DNA of 63,200 nucleotides, filler included, from Stramenopiles sp. TOSAG23-3 (taxonomy: Eukaryota): the NCBI GenBank assembly GCA_900128585.1. It is 14 parts of 14 records of this genome, joined end to end, with 100 filler letters (N's around TTAATTAATTAA, not from the genome) between each part and the next. Parts side by side here need not be neighbours in the genome. Positions count along the whole stretch, not along the records: positions 9,090 to 13,531 come from LT643829.1; positions 13,632 to 18,072 come from LT643830.1; positions 18,173 to 22,609 come from LT643831.1; positions 22,710 to 27,140 come from LT643832.1; 10 more parts are not named here. One strand, 5' to 3'. The position numbers and the translations under genes were made by a program. Below are positions 13,058 through 24,851 of this stretch, one piece after another (positions within the stretch are counted from its first letter, which is position 1; the number at the start of each line of letters is the position of its first letter). Under the pieces are notes generated by a model. It searched no databases and was not told where the DNA came from. It was given only the letters and a program-made list of their open reading frames with translations.

Positions 13058-15096
13058 AATTAAACTACCAGTCAATTCTATATTAAGAAGGTTTTCAAAA
13101 GCGCATATATTCTTTGAAAGCAAGTGTGTCCTTGATGGATGGCATGAATTGATCAAATATGTCTGTCTGTCTACCTGTCTCCATATCCCACTCTGAAAGC
13201 CGGATAAAATAATTACTGTACAAATTTATACATATAAAGTTTCTGTGTGACAATTTATTTTATTATTATTTTATTTATTATTATACTACTATTATTTAAT
13301 ACCGAAATTTTTATTTTTTATTATTGTTGTGTTATTATTACATGGTTGTTTGGTAGATGGTAGTTCGTTAGTTGTGTTTTTTTTTTTAAATTTATTATTA
13401 TTTTTTTTATTCCATATAACAATGTACCTGGTATTAAATACCTGTACCGGTAGGTACCGTACTAACTAATACCTCCTCGAAAATGATGAGTCCAACCCAC
13501 ACAACACCATATTTCCATCTTAAATAATTGTNNNNNNNNNNNNNNNNNNNNNNNNNNNNNNNNNNNNNNNNNNNNTTAATTAATTAANNNNNNNNNNNNN
13601 NNNNNNNNNNNNNNNNNNNNNNNNNNNNNNNTATATAACTATGAATTAGAGTACAACATTAAAATAGAACCTATGATTATTTTGTATAGTTTTATGTACT
13701 TATATAACTAAATAACTTTCAGCTAAACAGTTCATACTGTACATCAAACATATTGTAATATAATCCTGATTTTGTTTTTTTCTTCTTTAATTTTTTAAAT
13801 TTTTTAATTAAAAGAGTTGTTCGACACTGCTCTTTTAGGAACGGACCTTATGAAATAATATTATATCACAATACCATCAAATTACATGACACAGCACTCA
13901 TAAAAGTTTAGTTAAGGAAAACACTAGCAATTTTCAACGAGATATTTCTTTTTCTTTTTTTAAAGTCAAAATAGCCCTGCTGTGTCTATATACAATATAC
14001 CCTAAAAAAAAAAGCGTTAAATGTCGAGGCTCTATTTAGAAGAGATACAAGAAAAAAAATAATAAAATCGAAGAAGTGTACAATCTACAAACAATAGCTG
14101 ATAAGAAACAGGACACAAGGAGAGTATTATATAGGACGAGCAAATCTTCTCAATTGTCTCTAGAGCGTTTTGCTACTAGAATACATTTAAAGGGTACGAA
14201 ATGATGTTGTGTTATTTTACAGTATTTTCTCTATAAATTTTGTGTTGTAGTTGTAGCTCATCAGAAAATGATGTTTTTCTGTTATATTAGAGGCTGCGCA
14301 GGTTCTGAAGATGGCGGCGAATCGATGTAGAAACGTAATTTATTAATACCTACATAGCATTAAGAAAATTTCTAGCACTCATTTTTTACTTCTATATATA
14401 TTTGTACTTCTTAGTGTACTCTTTTTTAGATTTGTTGCCGTTGTTTTCTCCCTACTACTTCGATGTAAAATGCAACATGTTGTTGTACAACATTTTTTTC
14501 CTATCAAATTCTCGCTTATAATCACTTCAATACAAAATTACATTTATCAGTTTTACTCGTTAGGTAAATTTATAGTTATAAGAAAAACACTACCTTTGGG
14601 TGCCTGAACTTGTATCTTTAAGGAAAGTGGATTTTGTCTGTATTTATATCGTAGTGATAATTTAAATAGGGTATATTTATAGTTATATTTGATTCATTTT
14701 TTATCAATCATTTTTATTCTTGTAATTGGTGTTGTAATTGTCGGACAAATGATGTTTTTATATTATGTTACAATATTATCTCTGTGTTCAATTTTGTTGT
14801 TGTTGTTGCTCTCGGAAAGTGTTTTTTTTTCATTCGGCATTATTATGTATATTTTGTGTTGTAAATCTCCCTAGTCCGAATTAATGTTCCAGATACACTA
14901 TTATTATAGTACTACCTTCCCCCTCTAAATGTTACATATAATACCTTAATATATAAATTCTTTTTATGTCCTAAAAATACTAATTATTCCTGAATTCGTG
15001 AACTACAAATCTCTTTTTGTTTTTTTTTCTAGTGTAAGCAGTCAGCAGGGAATAATTGTAATATTGTTGCTTTTCTTCTCAACGCTTATACTTTTC

Positions 15097-17439
15097 TTAC
15101 TTCTGACCTTCCGCAGACAAGTATTTTGTAACATCAGAACCAAAACGTGCCCTTAGCCTTAATTTAATACCGGTAATGCCTGGATTTGCCATACCAAAGG
15201 ATGTGTCAAGAAAACAGGACAGTTCCTTCATGTCATTACAGATATGTATGATACCATTTGCAGTACTTGGTCGGACATTTTCGTACATATTTGGCACCAC
15301 AGTATTCAGTTCGCCTGAAAGTGAAGTTTAGATACAAATGAAAACGAAAGATTATGCTGTTAGTGACATGATCGTATATGACGCCCAGAGAAAACCAGAC
15401 AACTTACCAACTAAACGAGAAAATATTTCTACTGCTTCGCCTTTAACTAAAAGGCTAAGAATGGTTTTATAAGTAGCTTGTAGATCTTCAATAATCTTGC
15501 TCATGCATGGAGACATTTTCAGTTCCCCGGGTACCACCGGCATGTCCCAGGTATGCTCAAGCAGTAGTCGACCACTTTTCTTAATTCTTGACAAGACAAT
15601 GTCAACGCATTTTTCAAACACATTTTCTTTATGAAGGCGATACTGTGCAGAAGTACGGTCTAAATCTTTCAAAAGGACGCAACGATGAGCTACTAGAAAC
15701 GCCTTTATAAATGGAATTAAGGCATACACCAAATCCAAACACTGTGACACCAAGATTAAATGCTTAATAGTAATTGATTTTACAACACGAAGAGCAAATG
15801 AACCGCCACCCAAAACGAGCTGCTTTAGTCTCTGGTTAAATACTTGTAGCACAATGGCTAGTTTTGAGTAAACATCATTGGCTAATGTTGGGAATGCGCA
15901 CGCGTATTTTATATGACCATCAAGCACATACAAAAAAGTCAAAAGTGAGCTGGGGACAAAATATGATTTTCCATTTAAATAAATTTTCTTGTTGTTAGGA
16001 GCAGCTCTCCTAATTCCTTCGGAATCATAGATTTTCAATACATTCGAATTACTACAAATTGCTAGTATAATTCTTTGTGCTGTCGAGGTTACTGGAGAAA
16101 CTTTCCATTTTTCGCTATCAAGAACACGTAATAGTTTAGACAAACTGCGTTCATGGGCTAGTTGAAAGGATGAGTTTGCAAGATCTTTCATGGACGTTTC
16201 AAGTTTTAAACAGTTCTTCCCATACATATCTCTACAACATGAAACAAAGTTTGTCACGGCACCAACAATTTTTTCTATCGAATTTACACTTAATTCGGAG
16301 TTCTTATTTTTCCTCTCTCGAAAAAGCAGTATGAGGGAATTTTCGACCATGTCAAACAATAAACAAACAGCAGAAGTAACCATTTCTTGATAGCATTTGT
16401 GATCGTCGTGACATGTATCTGCACCAGTTTCGGTAACTATTTTAACCGAATTCTCCATTAAGCACGCCAAGACGAAATTGTAGACTTTCGTCGAGTTTTT
16501 CAATACAACCAACAGATGGTCGATCAAAATAACCAACAGTTCTTCAAATTGAACATGATGTATACGTCGCAATATACGGGTACACTTCCCAATGCAATCT
16601 TTGTTTTCTTCAAAATCAGACTGAGGATATTCTGCTTTGCTTCCCCCAATGCCCATGTCTGCATATGTTTTCGTCACTGTTATCCAAACAGAAAATATGC
16701 TTTTAGAAAATGCCATTTTCAGGGAACTTAAAGAGGAATTCAAAATCTTCAACTCGACAATCTCCTTTATTGTTTGCCGAAGCTTTTCATCACCCAGGTG
16801 CTCCTCTTGAGCATACTTTAGAGCTTCTTGTAAAAATGTTCTATTCAAGGTTGCAACAGCAATTTTTGCATACTTTTCCATCTTCCTCTGTAATTGCTTT
16901 ACGCAATACAAATCTTCGAAGCCTTGTGATAACACCTGCTTTATTTTTATAATCTGGTCCAGAGCACATGCGTTTCTCGACTCTTTCAAACTGCGCAAAA
17001 CGTATCTTTCTGTGCTAACGATCGAAGTAATTGCTCTCAAACGTTCAGACACAACACCCAAACGTTTCAATCTTAACTTTTTAGCTACAATAAAAAGTGG
17101 TTTCGTAACACTATTGGATCTGACAGAACTGGCCTTTGCTTTGGCATAAACTAGCGAATCCAGGAGGAGCGAAATTTTTACTTGAACAGCAACGACTACT
17201 CGAAGGGATTTGTAAATTAGAGTTGCTTTGCTCGAAATATGCTCCCATAAGTTCAATTCAACACTATCTAATAAAGCATGCAGTTTCTTCTGTAAGCCCT
17301 TTCTGACCAGCGACAAATGAGTGCTCTCATTATCTTCAACAACCATGCTGAAGATAGATGGTAATTTGAGATTAAATTCTGTTTCATAGAAGTGAGGTGG
17401 AATGTTTCTGACTGCAACTAGTTCATTTGTATAAGACAT
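15097..17439 (-). CDS. VPS54: GARP complex subunit VPS54; exons 17439-15408 and 15314-15097
   Basis: IP..FY...FNL, LQKKL...LD.VE.NL, L..VLDSEKW, FNQR.KQLVLGGG, SITIKHL.L.SQCL; intron 15407-15315 joins the two ORFs in frame; the 5' end may extend further. Confidence 0.85.
15315..15407 (-). other. 93-nt spliceosomal intron in VPS54
   Basis: GTAAGT donor, CACTAAC branch-like motif, TTTCAG acceptor; phase-1 splice gives ...RLVG-ELNTVVPNMY in frame with ORF 15097..15300. Confidence 0.85.
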
Positions 17440-18398
17440 TTGGATTCGGGAACTTTTTCTTGGTTGTGCTATTTCAACAAGATTTTCAAAAGCTGCTAGA
17501 AGTTCTCAGTTCTCGCTTTCAGTAAAAGTTATGAGCCGCCAGATATCCATAAGCCTGAAATATTTTTGTGAATAACAACGAGAGTCTGTAAGACGAAGTG
17601 CTGACCTAAGACGGTGTGTGAACGTGTTGCAGCAAGGGCAAGAAAGTTATTCGGTAATTAGCGCGGGGGTTGAAAAGCTCGAAGTATGGAACGCAAAGCA
17701 AGCGTCCCAATGAATAAATTTGACGAACGAATAAAACAAGCTATTCTTGCTTCTGAAAAATTCTAGAAACGCATGTAAAAAAATGGCACAATTTTCTTTT
17801 TCATTGATAATCCTGATTGTCGCTGGTTTACAATTTTTTGTCTTTTTTTATTATGACAGTATAACTAAAGGAGGGTAGAATTCTTTTTTTTAATAAAAAA
17901 AAAATCGGACAGTCGTCGGCAAAAGAAGAAAAACTAATAATTATTTTTTCGATTTTCTTCTTCTTTTGGACGCTATTTAAAATATATAATATCTGTTACG
18001 ATATCGGAGTTGGCAAAATCGACTTAAGGAGATAGGCAATCGTTGTTTTACACAACAACAATAATTTGCTGANNNNNNNNNNNNNNNNNNNNNNNNNNNN
18101 NNNNNNNNNNNNNNNNTTAATTAATTAANNNNNNNNNNNNNNNNNNNNNNNNNNNNNNNNNNNNNNNNNNNNAAAAACACAATGATTTTTTTGCAAATAT
18201 GTATTATATATATAGTGTATGATAAAATAAAGAAGCTCGTGTGTAAGTAAAGTGTACCACCAAGCAAGGAAATCTTGGACGGTATATAGACGAGAGGGAT
18301 ACAAATTATACGCACAATATTCTATATAATTATATACATATAGTCGTGTATAGTTATATATTGGAGATAGTTGCCAACGGAAGACAAGAAGAAAAACT

Positions 18399-21300
18399 AT
18401 GAGTCAGCGTCAGAGGCGTTCGTCCCTCTCTTCCCGCATTGCCCTCTCGACCGTTTCTCGAGAGGCGCAACAAGCAATGCTCCAGGAGTGCCTGGATAAA
18501 GGGAAAGCGTTCATCAACACGCTTGATGAGAAAGGGTTTACACCGTTGCATCGTGCGTGCGCGGCGCCGAACAGCGAGGGGATGGTGGCGGAGCTGATAA
18601 ACGCGGGAGCAGACGTGAACCAGAAGGACCTGTGCGGGGACACGCCCCTCCACTGGGGCGTTTTTTGCAACAACGCGAAGACGGTAAAAATCTTGTTGGA
18701 GAACGGTGCTGACCCGAGAATCCCAAACACGTCTGGGAAGACGGTAGCAATGATTGCCAGGGATGAGGGGGAAAAGTCAATGCTCGAACTGTTGGAGCCA
18801 AACTTGGCCGACGCCAACCCCCCGGCGCCGACGCCTGGGCTGCCCGGGGCCCCGCCGGAAACGAACGTGGTGGCTGCCGAGGAAGAGTATCCCCCTTCCC
18901 GTCGGATGTCCCTGGCCACCGCCGCGAGCCAGGGCGACGTGGTTCTTGTGAGGGCCGCGCTTGATGCAGGCAGGGGGGAAATCAACGGGCTGGACGCGGA
19001 CGGATTTACGCCCCTGCACCGCGCGAGCGCGCTTCCGAACTCGGAGGCGGTGGTCCTCGCGCTTATCCAAGCGGGCGCGGACGTGGAAGTGACAGACTCC
19101 TTCGGGGACACAGCGCTGCACTGGGCATCGTTCTGCGGCCATTCAGGCTCCGTAGAAATCCTTTTGAACCATGGTGCATCTACGACCACCACGAACATTG
19201 ACGGAAAGACACCCATGGACGCCGCCGAAGAAGAGGGGCACGCAGATATCATAAACCTGATTCAAACCCATAAACCGCCCCCGAAAGGCACCACCGCCGC
19301 GGCAAAGGCGCCAACCCCCCCCAATTTTCAGCTTCCCGAGCTCCTTAAGGAGTCGTTAAAGGTGAAGACAAAGCAAGGGTTGCTCAGAACGACGAGGTGG
19401 CCAATGCGAATGTGTGTCATCGACAGCAAGCGCGGCGAGTTCAACATTTACCCAGCAAGCAGTGGCGGGGGCAAAAACCTCAGTACTGCATTGAAGAGCC
19501 TCCTGTACGTCCGGGAACACGCGACAAAAAACGTGGGACTGCGCTTTGAGGTAGCAGTTTTGAGCGGAAAAGTTTACTCTTTTGTAGCAGAGTCCGAAGA
19601 CCAGCAGAAAAAGTGGATGAATGCCCTCCGCGCCGCGGGTGGAAAGACCATGCCTACCAACCTGATCCAGCGACAAGTGCGGCGCTTTCTGAAGCAGCGA
19701 AAGTACAGAAAGATAATGAAGGAGCGAGGGTTTGCGACCAAACTGCTGTCTACGACGGCCCACATGAGCTTGTCCGACATGGTGAAGAAGGACTTGGAGG
19801 GACCGCTGTCGAAGCGGGACGATAAAAAGCACGGGAGGGTCGCCCGACTCTTTCGGAATCGTTACTTTGTCCTTTCCCACGCCAAGGGGTGCTTGCTGTA
19901 CTACGACAACAAGGCGAAGCGAAATTTGAACTACAAGCCGCGGAAAATTGAGATCAAAACGTTTCTCTCTGTCCGATCCTCGAAGTTGAAAGGGGGGAAA
20001 CAGCTGTTCCTGTCGGTCACCTCCGGTCGAGTGTATGAGCTTTTGGCATCCTCCCCGGCCAAAGCGAAGGAATGGGTCAACACACTGCAGGCGACGCTCC
20101 CGGCAGAAAATTTTGCGGCCTACAAGATCCAGGCAAATGTGCGTGGGATGCTGATTCGCAGAAAGTTCAAGGTAGTTTTGGACAAACACCGCGAGACATT
20201 GAGAATAACAGCGGAGAAAAAGGCTGCCGAGTTGAAAGCAATCGAAGATGCGCGATTGCAGAAGCTGGAAGAAGACAAAAAAAATGCGGAGAGAGAGGCG
20301 CACAAGAAGGAGGCTGAGAAGCAGCGCATTGGCCGCTTCGAACGTTTGAGAAAATTGAGGGAAGAAGCAGCTCGGCAGAAAATGTTGAAGGAGGAAGAAG
20401 GGAAAGCCGCAGAACTTGCCGCGGCCGCCGCGAAGAAAAAGCAGGAAGAAGAGGCGAAGAAGAGGCATGAAGAAGAGGCGAAGAAGAGGCAGGAAGAAGA
20501 GGTGCAGGCAAAAGCAGCAGCGGCGGCGCCATCAAAAGATGGCAAAACAATTCAGATATGGGTGCATGCGTATGATGCCCCATCTGACAAAGATTACTAC
20601 TTCAACGAAATAACGAAGGAGACCACGTGGGCCTTGCCGGAAGGGGACGGCCCTTGGGTCTGGGTTGCAAAGCACGACGAGTCGTCCAACCAGGTGTATT
20701 ACATCAACATGGCCACGCACGAAACGAGTTGGACCCGCCCGTTGCCCCCCGGAGAGACCGACGAAGCGGTCGACCCCGACGACGTTCCCGAGAACTGGCG
20801 TCTTGTTACTGACGTCAAGACTGGCCGTAAATACTTCGTGAACACAGTCTCAAAAAAGTCGAGCTGGGACCGTCCTGCATGCTTGATGTTCGGCTGGGCG
20901 GCCGTCTCTGGGGAGAACGGAAAGACGTATTACTTCAACCCAACGACGAACGAGACGAGTTGGTCACCCCCGCCTCTCCCTTTCTACGTTACCGGGGAAG
21001 AGCAGGAGGCCGCGCCAAGCGCCCCAAAGATAGAGGCCGCCGCGTACGACGAGGACGAAAAGGTTGCCCTTGGAAGCATGTTGGAAGATTTGGAGCTGTC
21101 GCTCGCGGATGAGTTTGGTACCGCGTCCTCCTTCGACTCATGGATTCAAAAATGCACCCAGGAAATGTTGTACGCAAATGTTTTGAACCACTTCTTCCCG
21201 GATGCCATAGACGTGAGGGCGTTGAACGCAAGGGAGAGTGGGGAAGGGGACCGCTTGGACTTGGAGTCGATGGTAGAAAACATTCAGCTGTACATAGGGG

Positions 21301-22609
21301 CGGCAAAATCTGTCGGTGCCGTGTTTCCGAATGTTGCGACTCTGCCGACCTATTGCGCCGCTGGAGATCCGTGGTCGTGCATTGAGTTTGTGTACCCGCT
21401 GATGCACTTGGTTTATGCGCGGGAGATCAGCATCACAAAATGCCCTGTAATGGTTTTGCTGAAAGGTGAAAGCAACGAGGACGAGGAGGACGAGGACACC
21501 ATCCGCTTCATGAAATCAAGCACCCCAGGCGAGATCTTGCTTCGCTGGATAAATTACCATGCGTACAAATCCGACGAGGCTGTCGAAGCCAGGGCGTCAA
21601 ACTTTGGTTCAGACCTTCAAGACGGCGCCCTACTCCTTAATATTCTGAAACGGACCGGGTCCCGCGAAATTGTCGAAGAGGAGACTGTCGTGCAGAGCAT
21701 CATATCAACATTGCGGCAGAGAAACCTTGCCGTTTGGATGAAGCCGCGGTACATCGAAGGAGGCAAAGAGCGGGTCCTAACACTCCTGTGCTGTGCATTA
21801 TTTTCTGCCGACACGGGGCTGAGCTTAAGCGACATGTCCGAAGAAGCCGTAGAAAAAGCGCAAATGCTGGAGGAAGAAGACCCGTCACAGACAAAAGAGC
21901 ATCGCACGTACAAGATGTGGCTAAACTCGTTGGTACCGTACATAGAGGGGCAGGACCCAGTCATCGACATTGTAGAGGATTTAAGGAACGGTGTATTGCT
22001 TTGCAAGGTGTTGAAAATGGTGGGGGGCGACTTGCTCGATGTAAACTTCAAGAAAGTCAACATGAGGCCCAAAAATCGATACCACGGGGTTGAAAACTGC
22101 AACTATGCGGTGAAGCTATGCCAAGAGTTAGGGTTTAATTTAACAAACGTTGGGGGGCTTGACATATTGGATTGCAAGAACCCCAAACTGTTGTACGCGC
22201 TGCTATTCAAGTGCTTGCGCTACCATTCGCTGATGATAGTCACAAACGCCAACGTTCTGGTCACCGGGAGTGCGCCCCAAGACGGTGTCAACGAGGATGA
22301 GATTATTTATTGGGCAAACGAAAAGTGCGAGGAGAATGGCTGCAGTGGTGACTTGGAGTCATTTTCCGACCGGGACTTGGCAAATAGTGTGTTTTTTATG
22401 GATTTGTTGGAAGCCCTGGAACCGGGAGTGGTCGACTGGGACGTGTTGCGTGGGGTCGAAGCCGAGGAAGACAGGCGCCACAATGCGCAGTACGTCATTA
22501 GTGTTGCGCGGAAATTAGGTTGCCCTGTGTTTATTACGTGGGAAGATATCGTGAAGGTGAACCGGCACATGTTGATGACGTTTACTGCCAATTTGATGGT
22601 TATGGATTT
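18399..22609 (+). CDS. Ankyrin-PH-IQ-coiled coil-WW x4-fimbrin/plastin-type CH x4 protein (3' truncated at contig end)
   Basis: GFTPLHRA/GDTPLHW ankyrins; two PH-like regions (..KKWMNAL, RYFVL..KEWVNTL); IQRQVRRF and IQANVRGM; four W..YY.N..T.W WW domains; plastin motifs ILLRWINYH, WLNSL, ENCNYAV, NAQYVISVARKLG. Confidence 0.85.
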
Positions 22610-22859
22610 NNNNNNNNNNNNNNNNNNNNNNNNNNNNNNNNNNNNNNNNNNNNTTAATTAATTAANNNNNNNNNNNNNNNNNNNNNNNNNNNNNNNNNNN
22701 NNNNNNNNNTGTAGCCTTACTCCTCCTCGTCTTGCCTTCCGAACAGGACGAATCTCCGGGTTGTTTGGAGAGGTCAAATCTGTAAAGAGAAATATCTTCA
22801 TCTCGCTACGTTAGTGCCATCCTCCCCTTCTGTGCCGAAGAAGGGTGGTTGCCTGCTCG

Positions 22860-23456
22860 TCACCAATGGTTCGTTTTCGATTTCCACGCTTGCAGGTCAT
22901 TCCGTGCCCGTAAAAGGGAAATCTTTGTCCACTCCGCCTGGTCAATTATGTCTAATTTTAGGTCCCTTTGTATTTGCGTCTTCAGGGCTTCGATCGTCCG
23001 TCTCCGCTGAAGGACGTTTCGATCGCACAAAAACCCATCCGGCGCTGTCCTATCCCCGGGGGGCACAGACGGTTGGCGAATTTGAAACCAGTTCGGCCGG
23101 AGCTTTTCACGAAGTTTATTCAACGTACGCTGCTCTTTGTATATCGTGTCATGGGTCTCACGGAGTTTTATCGGTGATACTCGAAAATTCGAGGTGGGCC
23201 CTTCTACCTCGGTTCGCCGGGGGGTCATCGCTGCGCTTCCCTCCCCATCAGTACCCGACACCGGGGGCCATGCAGAGAGAGACCGAGGATTTAAATTGAC
23301 AGTGTATCGATGTTTCTTTTCCCCAGCAATTGTTGCCGTAGCGTTCTCGAGTCTATCTATCATCGAACAGTTGAACTGTTTCGCCGTGGTCAACTTACGA
23401 CCCAAAGACGGAGTTGTCCGTCTTCGTGATTTTCCATCCATTCGACAAAAATCCAA
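22860..23456 (-). CDS. Hypothetical protein
   Basis: ~170-200-aa ORF in coding-like composition; no recognisable motif; ends uncertain. Confidence 0.4.
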   Translation of the reverse strand: MDFCRMDGKSRRRTTPSLGRKLTTAKQFNCSMIDRLENATATIAGEKKHRYTVNLNPRSLSAWPPVSGTDGEGSAAMTPRRTEVEGPTSNFRVSPIKLRETHDTIYKEQRTLNKLREKLRPNWFQIRQPSVPPGDRTAPDGFLCDRNVLQRRRTIEALKTQIQRDLKLDIIDQAEWTKISLLRARNDLQAWKSKTNHW

Positions 23457-23759
23457 TCGAATGAATAGCTATATACAAAGAACCGAAGAGAAAGAAATAG
23501 GAAGAACTTTCGAGAGAAAAGGAAGAGAATGAGAAAGTAAACAAAAGTTTTAAATCATTTTATATATATATATAATAGATTTTTTGATTCATTCCAATGT
23601 CAGTGAATCATGTGAATCATATTACATTTTATATTATATAGAGTGAAGTGAACGAAAGAAAGATCGTCGATCTCATTCCATAATCTCATTTTAAAAAAAA
23701 AATTATTTAACGGAATAATGATAGTATTCTACTAAGTACAAATACCTATATAATTACCA

Positions 23760-24055
23760 ACAACAAAAGAAGAAAGAAGAAGAAATAGAAAGAAGAAAGA
23801 AAGAAAGAAGAAGAAAGAAGAAGAAGAAAGAAGAATAATAATAAGAAGAATAAAGTAGAAGAAAGAAGAAGAAGAAGAAAGAAGAAAGAAGAAGAAAAAG
23901 AAGAAGAAGGAATAATAAGAAGAAGAAGAAGAAAGAAGAAGAAGAAGAAGAAGAAGAAGAAGAAAGAAGAAGAAAGAAGAAGAAGAAGAAAAAAAAGAAG
24001 AAAGAAGAAAAGAAGAAAGAAGAAGTAAGAGAAAAAAAGAAAGAAAGAAAAGAAC
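23760..24055 (+). repeat. Purine-rich (GAA/GAAA)n microsatellite
   Basis: Directly visible. Confidence 0.95.
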
Positions 24056-24227
24056 AAATGACTTGGGGGGGAGTCATCAGAGATTAAAAAGAGAAATAGT
24101 AGAGGAAGAGTTTATAAGTCATGGAGGATGACAGGAATTTAAAACGTTACATGGAACGAAAGAACTGAGCCTTACTTTTAGTTTTACTTACCGATATACT
24201 CAACAAACAAGACGATACCTGTATCTT

Positions 24228-24689
24228 ATGATGGCGAACCAACAACAAAAAGTGGCCTTAGTGTTCGTGTGCACGGCCTTGTTCATGATCGTTGGCGTGC
24301 TGGGGCAAGACGTTAAGGTTGACATAGTGAACAGTTTTCCAGGTAATTCCCCGGTAAGTGGAAGCCATAGTTACGATGCACATGTTACCCTGTCAATTGA
24401 AAACAGCGATGGGAGCTTGACACCGAGTGGGTGGTCGACACGGAAAGAAAACGGTGGGAACGGGAAGCCCTTCACGTTTACACCAGGAGTTGGCCTTATT
24501 CAAGGGTGGACAGAAGGGGTTTTGAAAATGAAAGAGGGGGAGCGGGGCATCTTGCACGTCCCGCCATCGAAAGGTTATGGGGGTCAAGATATGGGAAGAA
24601 AAGGCGGGGGCTGGTATATCCCAGCCAATAGCAACTTGCACTTTGACATTGAAATCTTTGGAAAGCACGGGCAACACAAAGACTTGTGA
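24228..24689 (+). CDS. FKBP-type peptidyl-prolyl isomerase with signal peptide, probably ER-luminal
   Basis: Hydrophobic N-terminus; PFTFTPG.GLIQGWTEGV..MK.GE, VPPSKGYG, IPANSNLHFDIEI; ends HKDL. Confidence 0.9.
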   Translation: MMANQQQKVALVFVCTALFMIVGVLGQDVKVDIVNSFPGNSPVSGSHSYDAHVTLSIENSDGSLTPSGWSTRKENGGNGKPFTFTPGVGLIQGWTEGVLKMKEGERGILHVPPSKGYGGQDMGRKGGGWYIPANSNLHFDIEIFGKHGQHKDL

Positions 24690-24851
24690 ACGCGCCCCAG
24701 CACAGTTGCAGTATCGCTTTTACACAATAACATACACACAAAACGTGGTTTCTAGTGCCAAGAACGCTTGTGTTTATGTGCCACTCGGCACCGGTTGTGC
24801 TGTATGTACACGAAAACGTATCTATTTATTATAAAATACATTATCGTTGAC

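Noticed and set aside
14200..14310. Box C/D snoRNA with CGCAGGTTC complementary to the 18S 3' end
   Set aside because: Imperfect C box and only a 9-nt match; chance cannot be excluded
17440..17560. In-frame TGA upstream of VPS54 as selenocysteine or readthrough
   Set aside because: No SECIS or Cys-homology evidence; 5' UTR or an unrecognised intron is more likely
22780..22863. Intron extending ORF 22860..23456 (GTGACG..CACTAAC..TACAG)
   Set aside because: The splice would create an immediate TGA, so it does not extend the protein
23746..24077. Phe/Leu/Ser-rich ORFs (also 49528..49745, 7069..7373)
   Set aside because: Translations of microsatellites or N gaps
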